DNA of 64,000 bases, taken from Paramecium tetraurelia. Lineage: Eukaryota. The translations under genes and the position numbers were made by a program. The stretch spans positions 124,001 to 188,000 of the forward strand of contig CT868318.1 in NCBI GenBank assembly GCA_000165425.1, in the 5' to 3' direction. The notes beneath the pieces were generated by a model. That model made no database searches, had not been told where the DNA came from, and saw only the letters and a list, made by a program, of their open reading frames with translations. The first letter of the stretch is position 1, and every line of letters starts with the position of its first letter. Shown here piece after piece: positions 52,652 through 64,000 of the stretch.

Positions 52652-53067
52652 ATTTGTATATTAACGAATATATGCTTTGTTTCAAAATTATGTATCTTTA
52701 TTAATTTTAAACCAAAATTATGAAATGTTAAGTATGAATAAATGATTTTTAAGAGATGAAAATAATTGTGAACATAGATCTGTTGTTATTTTCATGCTAT
52801 CAAGTATGGGATTTAAATTGGTATACGCCTTCAGAGTATATGGAAAATAAACCTTCAGATGGTATGATGTGATATGATACAAAATCTTTGATTCTAACTT
52901 TAAGAATAAGAAGGAATTAGTGTAAATCTTGCATTGGAATAGATTTTCTAAATGATGATATACTAAATTATTATAAATATATATGCAATAATCTCATTTT
53001 TATTACGATATGTTCAAAATCATATCGTTACTATTTTAGTAGGATCTAATTAATAAATAAGAGAAGG

Positions 53068-53355
53068 ATGATTTAAAATGTACTTCAATTTTTAAGTTTA
53101 GTTATGGTACTCGAATCTCAATCGGAATTGATGTTTTAACTGCAGGCCATTTATCGTTCATCTGTAGAGGGAAAATAGGGGTATATGGTCCACGAAATAA
53201 AAAAATATGTGGAATCGCACAGATAAGGTTCTCCAAGAAATAGTTCACCAAGATCTTCAAGATATTTGGAAGCTTCTCGTATGTGGAGCATTTATGAAGA
53301 GAATGAAGAGGAAGAAAGGGATAACGAAATTAAACTGATTGGAATTCGTCGCTGA
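53068..53355 (+). CDS. Small uncharacterised protein (95 aa)
   Basis: Intronless code-6 ORF MIQNVLQFLSLVMVLES...SIYEENEEEERDNEIKLIGIRR*. Confidence 0.7.
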
Positions 53356-53404
53356 CAATTGGTTTGTTCAAAAGTTGTGACTCTTTTTTGTTTATTAATT
53401 ATTT

Positions 53405-53841
53405 ATGGAGACTGAAACTCAATATCAAATTAGTCCATAAGGTGTGTTACTAATTATATCTTTAGATGTCGAATTTCTGAATGATAAATATCGTCTGGTT
53501 TTTACATATCCCACAGCAGCATTTGCCATATCCGCTGTCATCCTTGCATCCACAAGATTTTTGAGCTTCCCAAAATTCTTCAGAAACCCTCTTGAAGTAC
53601 GCATTCAAATCATTTAAATCAGTCTCCAGAAGGAAATGCTCTCTTCTACTAGAGACTGGCCAAAATGGCAAAACCACCTTTGCTATTATATGGGGCATGC
53701 GTTGGAGGAGCTGTTGGGTTATTTCAGTATGAACTAGCCAAGTATTAGATGTTTGTGAAGTACAAAACTCTAGTAAATACATATTTGGATGCTTGTGAGG
53801 CTGTCTACGTGAGTGAATTAAAAAAGAGTTAGGAAAAATGA
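53405..53841 (+). CDS. Small two-TM membrane protein (~128 aa)
   Basis: Introns of 24 and 26 nt give METETQYQISPQDVEFLNDKYRLVFTYPTAAFAISAVILASTRF...PPLLLYGACVGGAVGLFQYE...SQEK*. Confidence 0.75.
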
Positions 53842-54012
53842 ATTTAATTAAAAAATGAGTACATTATCAATATCATTATAAGCATAACATAATTACATAT
53901 ATTTAACAATTTGGTACTAATATACCTAGACAATGAATAGAGGCAATTACATAAAATATCAGATAATATATAGTTTGGGTTTAGCTTCAAATTTATAATA
54001 ATATTAGTTTTA

Positions 54013-57000
54013 ATGAGAGTGGCTGTTAATCCATCTTAAGTATCTAGATCACTACCTCCAGCTCCTATGCCCGTAATGAAAACTCCAGTGATGGTTGACA
54101 GAGGTAGACAGAAAGTAAATAACTATTAGTGGCAAGTTTGCATCATACTTCAACATTCAATAAAGAATCTCCTATAAACACACCCAATGAATAATAGCTG
54201 ATAGAATTGGAAACCAGAATTCTTAATCTTGAATAAGATTCCTCTATTAAACTAAAATGTGAAAATTTGATCCAAGAAAATAAAAAACTCACGCAATAGG
54301 TTTCTCTCTAAACTGAGTCTGTAGCTAAATTCAAAGGAGAACTATCTCTTGCTAGGAAAGAAATCTCAAAGTAAAACTTTAAATTATTATCAAGACTTAA
54401 GAAAGTATTGGATATAAAGGAAGAAGCCTTAACGGATATTAGAATTAAAAATCACACCAGAAATTTATCTTAATCTGACAAATTGAAAAATGATAAGCTA
54501 ATCTAACAAAAAGAAATCATGGAATAGTAATATTTAAAAGAAAAACAATAATTATAAAATTAGATTTAACAACTTGAAGAGCTTTTAGAATAATAATGTT
54601 CTCTAAACTAAAATAATTAGCCTTCTCTTTATTTAGAAGCAAAATAACCAATTATTCCAAATCAATAAATAGACTATTCTTAACCTTGTTAGTAAACATC
54701 TTAATATAACAATGTAAAACAAAATGAATAATATTCAACTTCTTAAAATAGAAAGCCATAAACATCTAATTAGGAAGGAGGAGTGAACTCCATTTTTTAT
54801 AGACCTAATCATTAAGATAAATTATATTAAGTTCCAAGCAAAGGACTCTCACAAGAGAGTAGTTCACCTAAATTCAATAATTAAAGTTTCCCTTGCTTGA
54901 AATTCAATTCTATACCCTAAGAAAGCATAGATTTTAATAGTTAATTCGATTTAAAAAACAAATCTATTGATCCAAAGGATTCTTTTAAAGCACATAATCA
55001 ATTGAAAGATCATAATATGATATAAAGAAAGTCTTTATCTTCGATAACAGAATTGATACAATAAAATGGATAAAATCAAAGCAAAGAAAACCATAGTAGA
55101 TATTTCGAGAAAAACAGTACGCAATCTCCTAATTATTAATTCTCTAATACCTCTTAATTATTACAAGAATTAGAGCAACTTAAAAATGAGGTAAATTCCC
55201 AAAAAGATACTATTTAAGAATCTCATAAAAAAATATCGTAACTTGAGTATGAGAAATCTACTGTTATTGAAAAAAATGAAAAACTTCTTCGAGAATTTCG
55301 CAATCAAGTTGAAGAAATAAAACAACTTGAGCATAATAAAAACAATATACAAAATGATATTCTATAACTAGAAGAAGATCTCTAGTCATAAAAAATACAT
55401 TATGAATCTTGTATTTAGGATTAATAGCATAAATATAACCTTCTTGAATAGCAATTTTACGAAAATAAAAGGTTATTATAAGAAAAGCTAAAAGAGTCAA
55501 CAAAATCAGAGCAAGATAATTAATGTTAACAATTCAAGAAGCAATTAGAAGAAAAATAATTGGAAATTATAAATATTAGTCAAAAGGTTCTTAATTATAA
55601 AAATAAAAATGACCAGTAGGAAATATAAATTAATCAAATGAAAAAATAAGAATTAGATTTGAATTAAGAATTTGAAAAAGTCAATAAATAATACCAATAA
55701 ATTAAGAGATAATTTGATGATACTGTAAAAAATCTGAATGAAGCATAAAATCAAATACAAATAATGTAATCTTAATATCTATCAGAATATTAATTAAGAG
55801 AAAAAATAGAATTAAATTATGCTATTTTATAAAAGGAATTTAGTTAATATAAAGAAAACTCTGTCCTATAAATTGAAGACTTGTAATCTTGTGAAAAATT
55901 TAGGAGTAATTCAAAAAATATTGAATATATATAAAATTAACAAGATTTATAAGCAAAATAAAAAGTTATGCTGGAAAACAGCAATGGCTTTTAATAACTA
56001 GACTAAGATATTACTAAACAGCTATAAAAAGCCAATAACACTATAAATGAATAGAATAAATAAATAATTTAGTTATAATAAACAAATTAAAAATTAGAAG
56101 ATGAAATTGGAGATGTCAAAAATAAATTTTCGAAGCAAACTTTAATATTAACCAAATTGAAATCAGATTAAAATTATAAATGTGATAAATGTAAATCCTT
56201 AAAATTGGATTTATCTGGAATTCTTATGGATGAACAGCAAATTTAAGACATGTATTATTAGTAATAATAACTTGATTAAGTTATTCTCGAAAATGATTCC
56301 ATTCCTATTATTTATGATTAAGTTAATACTGAAAGAAATCAACTATTGTAAAAATTGTAGTAAAATCACTAAGATTTGGTTATTCAAAAACAATAAAATG
56401 ATGAATTAGTTCAAATACATTAAGATTAGAATAATCAAATTTGTATTTTGAAGTCTTAATTATTATAGTTAGAAATAATCACATAAAAGTAAAAAGAGTA
56501 GATAAATCAATACGAAAATGAGTTTAAGAAAGTTCTAAAAGATGATAATATATTGTTTTAGTAAAAGTAGATCGATCTGCGCGATTATAATGAACCAACT
56601 ACTACTAAAGGCTATAATAATTTAACTTAACTTATCAATTAATAGGTTAGATAAAGAGAATAAGACAATAAATATTTCAAAAAACCTAACAACTTATCTG
56701 CTTATGAAATATAAACAGGCAAAGATGATGTTAGTTTACTCTAAAAAAAAGTACAATAATAAAACGAAATAATTAAACAATTAAATTAATAGTTAGATAA
56801 CATTAATTTCCAGTATTAGAACCTCTTAATAGAATAATAATCGAATAATCTTTAAATAGAATTGCAAAAATCCGAATACGAATAAATGAAAAAACATCTA
56901 TAAACCACTATTTCAAAATAAAAAATCTTCTTAGAAGAGAAAGAGATCGAAATATAAAATATTAAATAATAAAAAGTAAGCTTAAATGACATGAATTAAA

Positions 57001-57566
57001 TCGAAATCGATAAAATTAATTAGTTATTAACTATGAGCTAAGAAAAGATCGAAAATTAAAAAAAAGAACTATATAAAGATATGTAGAAAAATTAAGCAAT
57101 ATAATAAGCCAACACTCAATTGAGAAGCTAGTTAGAAAGAGTGCAAAGTGAAAATGCTGATTTACATGAGATAATTATTGAACTTTAAAAAGAAAATGTA
57201 AATCTAAGAGACAATAATTAAAAGTTAACCTCTAAATTTGATGACAATATTTAGACTAAAGAATAGAATATGAATAATATGGTATTACGAAGATAATCCA
57301 TTACTATTAGTTAATAATGTGAAAATTTTTGTTCTGAACAACCAAAACCTGGGTTTATAACCTCTAAAAATAATAGAAAGTTAGATGAAATTGAGAGGGA
57401 AAATTTAACGTCATAGAAAGAAATTTCGAAATTGAAATAAATGATAGGAGATTTGTCAAATAATCAAAATTATAACCCAGAGAGGAAATTGTCAAACAGT
57501 TCATAGCATCTATCATAAAAGAAGCATCTTTTTGATCAAAATAGCATTAAATGTAAACATAATTGA
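54013..57566 (+). CDS. Large Q/E/K/N-rich coiled-coil protein
   Basis: MRVAVNPSQVSRSLPP...; long code-6 open frame with heptad-like composition; TGA at 57564-57566. Confidence 0.8.
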
Positions 57567-57590
57567 TAGCTTATTGATAGCTTACTGATA
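57563..57590. repeat. Short 11-bp tandem repeat (ttgatagctta, ~2.5 copies) overlapping a stop codon
   Basis: ttgatagctta ttgatagctta ctgata, read directly from the sequence. Confidence 0.6.
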
Positions 57591-58582
57591 TATTATATAT
57601 AAATATAAATTTTTATAAAATATTTATTTGGAGAAGTTAATTAATTCTTTTTTTAAAAATGAAAATTTAACTATATGAATAGGCTTTTAATAATTTCCGC
57701 CTCTTGATCAAATTATATTATATTTATATAATTAAGAGAATAAGGAATAATGCTTAAATTAATGAGCACAGAAGTGATTAAATAATAATAATTTTGGTAT
57801 TTTTTTATGCATATTTTATCAATATGATTTGCACTATCTAGCAAAATACACCATGGCAAACAAAGATAAAGCTGGTGTTCCCCGACTAAATGTATAATAA
57901 TTATAAATTACAGAACCAATCTTTTGGCTGGATTCATTCTCTCAAATTTGATTTGTCTTGCAACATCTCCAGCTGGTTATCTCAAGTATATGTATGAGAT
58001 AGTGCATACACCAGCAGATAAAACAGAAGCAATTGGTGAAATAAACTAGTGATTTAGTATTTCCTTATTACATTAGAATTAAAAAATTTTTGACTGAATG
58101 ATATGCATTCCTAATTAATCTAGAATTTATATGAGTCGATTATTCTTTAATCGGTAGGAATGGAATATAATTCTCTAACTTCTGGAGTTACTGTAAGGAA
58201 ATCGATATCCTAATTTGACATTATTTATATAAATGTATTAATATTTTATATTAATTGTTTATAAATATATATTTAGGGCAATCTAATTATATTCTTAATT
58301 AATCAACACTTTCCTACTTTCAAAAAATAATAGTATTTGAATATTATGAATCTACTCATCAATAAAATTTAACTGAATTTATAGATACTGCCATTAGAAT
58401 AGCATAGGTTTCAATAAAAATTAAACTATGATAGTTTAAACTGAAAATCTCATGTTAAATGCTTTTGATTTGTTGAATCAAAATTATTAATTAATGCTTA
58501 AATTATAGGCTGTTCCTTATTATAGTTTTCGTTTAACTAATTGTGAATCTTACTATTGTCTGATTAAATTTTAAATTAACTA

Positions 58583-61500
58583 ATGAAATTGCTTCTTATA
58601 TCTAATTTATTTCTGATTGTTTATTGCATAGACAAATGCCTAGAGTATAGAACTTATTCAGACTGTATTCTGAGTACTGACAGTCAATGTATTGAAATTT
58701 TATAAGTTAAATAGGTTTTTGGAATTAGGAGTATTGTGAATTCAATAAAAACTTATAACTTGGATGTTCAAGGTTTTTAAATAAAATGGCATGTGTAAAA
58801 TAGTTATCCAATTCTTTAAACGAGAGAGCCAAATGTATATATAGATATTTAATTGATTAGGTATCTTTAAGAATGCTTGCTAGCCCGTTATTGAATTATC
58901 AGTCTTAACTTGCAATGATGCAATAACGAAACATGCTTGCTTGGAAATAACCAATATTGATCAATTATGTTATTGGGATTCATTAACATATTAATGTATG
59001 AAAGTGTCGAAAGAGAATTATTAGAATGACTTTTAGGATGTTCTGTATAGCGCATCTGTTTGTAGCAGAATTGAAAGTATTTATTAGAGAGAAAATTATT
59101 AGACTACTTGGTAATTCATAGTTCTATAATTTGGGATGCTATGTCTTACACTCCTGACTTTGTAACTGAGTCAGAGGATATTTACAATTAGGATTTAGGA
59201 TTGGGGACACAAGAGAATAAGCTTTCTTATGAAACAGGCTAGTTAGTAAATAATTACGTTTATAATGTTTGTAATGAACCGAACCAAGTATCTTATTTTT
59301 AGTGGTATATTCTAAATGACCTACAAGGAAAACAACTTAAAAACTGTAAGACAATAGCATTTATAATCTAATAGTAAAAATAAGCGACCGGAAGCGAGAA
59401 GGATGTATTGCAATATAAATAACGGATGATGATGATTATAATTTATTATTTTCAAATAAGAAGGAATCTGTGGGAGTGAATAAAATTTATTGCCGATATC
59501 AAGGAGGAATCTTTATCAATTATAGATGCTTCTATTATGATGATGTAACTATTCTAACAAATCCTTCGTTTTTACAAGAAAATTAAATAAATTGTTATTA
59601 ATTAAATATTAAGGAATGCGCAGTGGTTAATTAAAACTGCTATCCAATTATTAAAGATGGTTAAAATGAACAATTAATTACATGTGCTGCCTCTTTAAGT
59701 TAATTGGTAAGTGCTTAAGGATGTTTATCAAATGTTCAAGTGTATTAAACATATAAAGATTGTATTTCAGATGCAAATCAAACAGTTGGAATATATTTGG
59801 ATTTCGATATATCCCCACCAGCCTGTAGCTCGAAATGTTATGTACTTGAATAGAGTAATTGTGATCTCAAATCTTGTAATTGGACCAATGAAGGACAAGG
59901 ATTTTATGGATGTATTCCTAAGTATGGTTGTGATCATCCAGGATTGAATTTAAATTACTGTAAGACTATGGCTTAGCTTTGTTAATGGGATTCTGTTAAA
60001 AATCGATGTTATTAGATCAAGTATTACTAGCTTTTCAATTTAAAATGTTCGGAAGCCAATTGTAAATATTTATGTGGAAACATTAAGACATTTGGATAAG
60101 AGTGTATTTGGATTGATGAAGATTTAAAATGTCTGAATATCTTAAGTGTTCCAGAGCTGAAAAATTTTGAATCCTTTCCCACAAAATATGTTGTGAATAG
60201 AGAACTCTGTATGAATTAAAAAGGAAAGCATATATATAAGAATTATATTTGTACTATTGATTCCAGTCCCATAAGTTGTGAAAGCGAAGACACAGGAAAC
60301 TTTGGCAAAGAACTCTGTTTGTCAACATAAAACTGTCATTGGAATGTTTAGATATAGGCGTGTGAGAAGGCAGTCTTAAAATCCTTTTGCGATGAGATGA
60401 CTAATGTTTCTCCTGATTGCTGTACTTAATTTAATGACTGCATTTATGATGTATCTAAAGCTAGTTGTGTATCACTAAGTTCTCAAATCTTTTGTACAAC
60501 TCCTGGAATTTCTAAGAGTGCTTGTTTAGCTTTAAACAGTTAAAATTGTTAATGGGTTGGATTCTAATGTGTTGAATTATTTATATTTAGAGAACCTTGT
60601 TCATCTTATAAGTCTGTGACAAAATCAGTTTGCGTTCTATAGGAAACCAATTTATGTAGATACAATAATGGAAATTGCGAGTTAGTTGAAACACAACCTG
60701 ATGATTGCTCAAATTCGCTTAACAAACTAGCTTGCCAGGCAAGTCAAGGTAGTTGTTATTTTAACATTAATTGCTAAACATTTTACTAACTAGGTCAATT
60801 ATGCGAAGGTTTTTATCTGAGTCAATCTGCTTGTATTGCTCTTGAAACACCTGGAGAATAATGTATTTGGTAGAACAATTAATGTAAGTATATTACAGAA
60901 AAGTTTAATTGCCTACAAACACTAAAAATAAATAAGTGGGGTTGTGTTGGCATAGCTGCTGAAATTACAGGCTATTTGAGTCCATAGTATTATTGTGAAT
61001 ACAACGCAATCTCTAAAACTTGTGATTCTTTAACAACATCCATTTTAGGATGTGAATCAAATGGAAATTTTAATATTCATAGATGCAGTGCTTATGCTAC
61101 TGGTTAATGTATATATAAGGATTTGAAATGCATTACAGTAGACTTAACTCATAAATATTGGGATAGCTAACTTGATATTATAGATTGTGCTCAAGCTAGT
61201 TTGCAAATTTGTACACGTGTCAGAGGAAAAGTTTGCTAGAAGATCAATTAATCTTGGAATTCCTACTAGGATGTGCGATGCGGTGAAGTTAAAACATCTA
61301 TTATTCCGTGTGGACGTATTGATTTCGATTACATCCTTAGTTATGATGCTTATCGGATTTAAGAGGCTTAAGGTTAATTTAATCCTTAAGTTTGTGCATA
61401 ACTTCAAGGTTTTAATCTTGTCCCATGCCTTTATGATAAAGCTACATATAAATGCACTTAAGTAACAACGACCAATCGTTACGCCTGCAATGCTTTGGGA

Positions 61501-64000
61501 ATAAATAAATGGATATGTATGAGCTAATCATATGGTTAATGCGCATTTGTTAATTATGTCTGCGTGGATGCCACGTTAAGAAATGAAGAGTGCTAAAATT
61601 TAAATAAATGGGCTTGCCTAAATTCAAGTCGTAATTGCGTCTAATAGTACACCAGATAAGATGATCTTTGTAAAGACAGAAGCGTCGATTTGACCAAACC
61701 ATGTGCTGCTTAAGATTATTAAGGTTGTTCATTGATAGATAATTGCTATGCTAATCAATTTAGTTGCTATAGCATATCGGCTTCTTAAGTTTCACCTACA
61801 AGTTGTAATAGTCCATAAATTGGTAAAGCAGTATGTTATCAATCTAACATGTATTGTTAATTCTTTAACTCAAAGTGCTAAGTAATTTCAAAAGATTTGT
61901 GTGAATACTAATTAACATCAGAATAATGTGCTAATAATTTATATTATAACTGTGTGTTTATCAATAATAAATGCTACACACAAAATAAATTCATTAAATG
62001 TGATGTTTACGAATCAACAAATTATAAATTTTGTAGATAGTTCCCAAATTGTAAGTACAATTTTAATTCACTGAACTGTGTTGATTTAACATTGCATAAA
62101 GGTATCTAGAATAATCTAATTAAATATGGCACAATAGATTGTAGTACATTTTTAAACTAGTTTGATTGTTTAAGTTAATGGAAGGTGATATGTACATATA
62201 CTTAAGCACAAGGATGCAAAAATACAAGTGATAATCCTAGTTAATGTCCACATTTAATGTAATATAGTAAGATGATGTGTTAGAAATACGAAAATTGCGA
62301 TTTCTAGTTTGGATATTTTTGTGTTGATACAACATAGACTTTAAGTTGTTCTTAATTATCAAATTCATTATGTTTATCTGATATTTCAGATACTTTGGCT
62401 TGTTATTGGGATGGCACCAATTGCCAAGATGTAACAACTTAAGTTTGTTCAGATGTTTAATCTTATTTAATCAATTATTCTGGATGTTCCAAAATATTTA
62501 ATTAGGATAATAAGAAGTGCATGTATTAATTTTCAACTCAAAAGTGTAAAATCTTAAAAGAAATTAATGATTGTTCTGATTTTACTACTAATATTGAATG
62601 CGCAATTAGAGCCACTACCTCCTGTTTATTAGGAAATCCTAATGCTTAAACTACAAGTTGTAGTACTTCTAGTACTTTTAATGTTAATCTAAATTTATAT
62701 GGATGCACATAATTAACAGGAAATCCTTATTATTATGATATCTATAATTATAAATGTGATTAACTTACAGTTGCAAACTATGTCAATGTTTAAGGATGCC
62801 AGTATTTAAATAAAAAAAGTTGCATTGAAATAACAAGTGAAATTTTAACTATCAATTGTGGATGGATTGATAATCAATGTTAACAATTGATTGATCTCAC
62901 TAAATTGAATAATTGCACTCTTTTAAATAAATACGCTTGCATTAATATAGAAAATTCAAATCTTGTCTGTTAATGGGATATAGTAACACTATCTTGTTAG
63001 CAATCAAATAAAACCCCTTGTTTTGTTCCTGCATCAATTCCATCTAATCCTACAATTTTATACTCATTAAGCTTATGTAGTAAGGGAGATAATACAAATG
63101 CATGTATGGCAAATTCATCAAATACAGGATGTGTTACATTCACTTATACAATTGAACTTTGTGAAAATATGGGATTGAACAAAAAGGCTTGTGTTGAATA
63201 GACTACTGGATATTGCAAATGGTCTAATAATTAGTGTTCAAATTCTTAATTAGACAATTTAAATTGTAATACAGATGTCAATAAAAATACTTGTTTAGCT
63301 ATTAATGATAATTTATGTGATTGGAATGATACAACTAAAATATGTTCTACTAAAACATTAACCAATTGTACTGATGCAATCAATTACAATTAGTGTATGA
63401 ATGTACCAAATAAGTTTTGTTAATATCTCAATGATAGGTGTAGTTAGCTTGACAAAGTTTCACAAGCTTGTAAATTTGGATATAATAAGTATGCTTGTAA
63501 AAACGTTGAAGGTGTAACATGTTAATTTTAAGATCTTAAGTGCACTGTCCTATTCTAGATTGATTCTTGGCAAAGATGCTCAAAATACGTAGATCAACTC
63601 CTTTGTGAATCTAACCATTGTGAATGGCAAGATTCAAAATGTATTTCACTAACAATATGTAATAATGTTACTCCAGAAATAAAGGTTGATTATTTACCAT
63701 ATAAGTTGAATCCCTGTGTTAATTATTTACCTCAAGCATGCATTTAAATTTATAATAAATACGGATGCTTAAGTTCCAGCCTATATTGTTAATGGGATGA
63801 TAACTTAGGATGCTCTTCATATACTACATATTTATCAGAAATTTAATGCCTAGAAACATTGAAAGTTAATAGGAATGTATGTGATAAATACGCTCCTAAG
63901 TTTTGTGAATTCAAAACGGATAGTTGTTCACCTCGCATCACTGATTATTATTTTATTATAAATCCCTCTTAAACATTAGCAAGTACTGAAATAAGCCATC
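58583..64000 (+). CDS. Giant secreted/surface Cys-periodic repeat protein (surface-antigen-like), 3'-truncated by the window
   Basis: Signal-like MKLLLISNLFLIVYC; recurring C.W....C and (L/I)NK.AC units across >1750 codons; tiny introns at ~58689-58714, ~59077-59102 and ~59346-59373. Confidence 0.85.

Overview
This is AT-rich, very gene-dense eukaryotic DNA from a ciliate somatic (macronuclear) genome, almost certainly Paramecium. Long reading frames appear only when TAA/TAG are read as Gln and TGA is the sole stop (translation table 6), and genes are split by tiny 22-29 nt GT..AG introns. The supplied ORF track stops at TAA/TAG, so it is mostly fragments or antisense noise. I re-translated by hand and support about 24 protein genes plus a probable WD40 pseudogene. 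Recognisable products: a ULK/Atg1-like kinase, Utp12/WDR3, a cis-prenyltransferase, a C2H2 zinc-finger protein, a four-domain truncated globin, an LRR/coiled-coil protein, a Piwi protein, prefoldin 4, a myosin with IQ and RCC1 tail, Vps54, a class-2 lipase, an ALKBH5-like dioxygenase and three giant Cys-rich surface/membrane proteins. Top leads: (1) an in-frame TGA at a probable Cys position of an otherwise intact lipase, upstream of its catalytic His, followed by a structured, partly SECIS-like region; (2) an ~900-aa ALKBH5-like demethylase with a ~650-aa unknown N-terminus and an altered 2OG-binding Arg; (3) four tandem 2/2 globin domains in one protein; (4) a Piwi with Glu in place of the first catalytic Asp. 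Exon boundaries were inferred by eye and no database searches were run.
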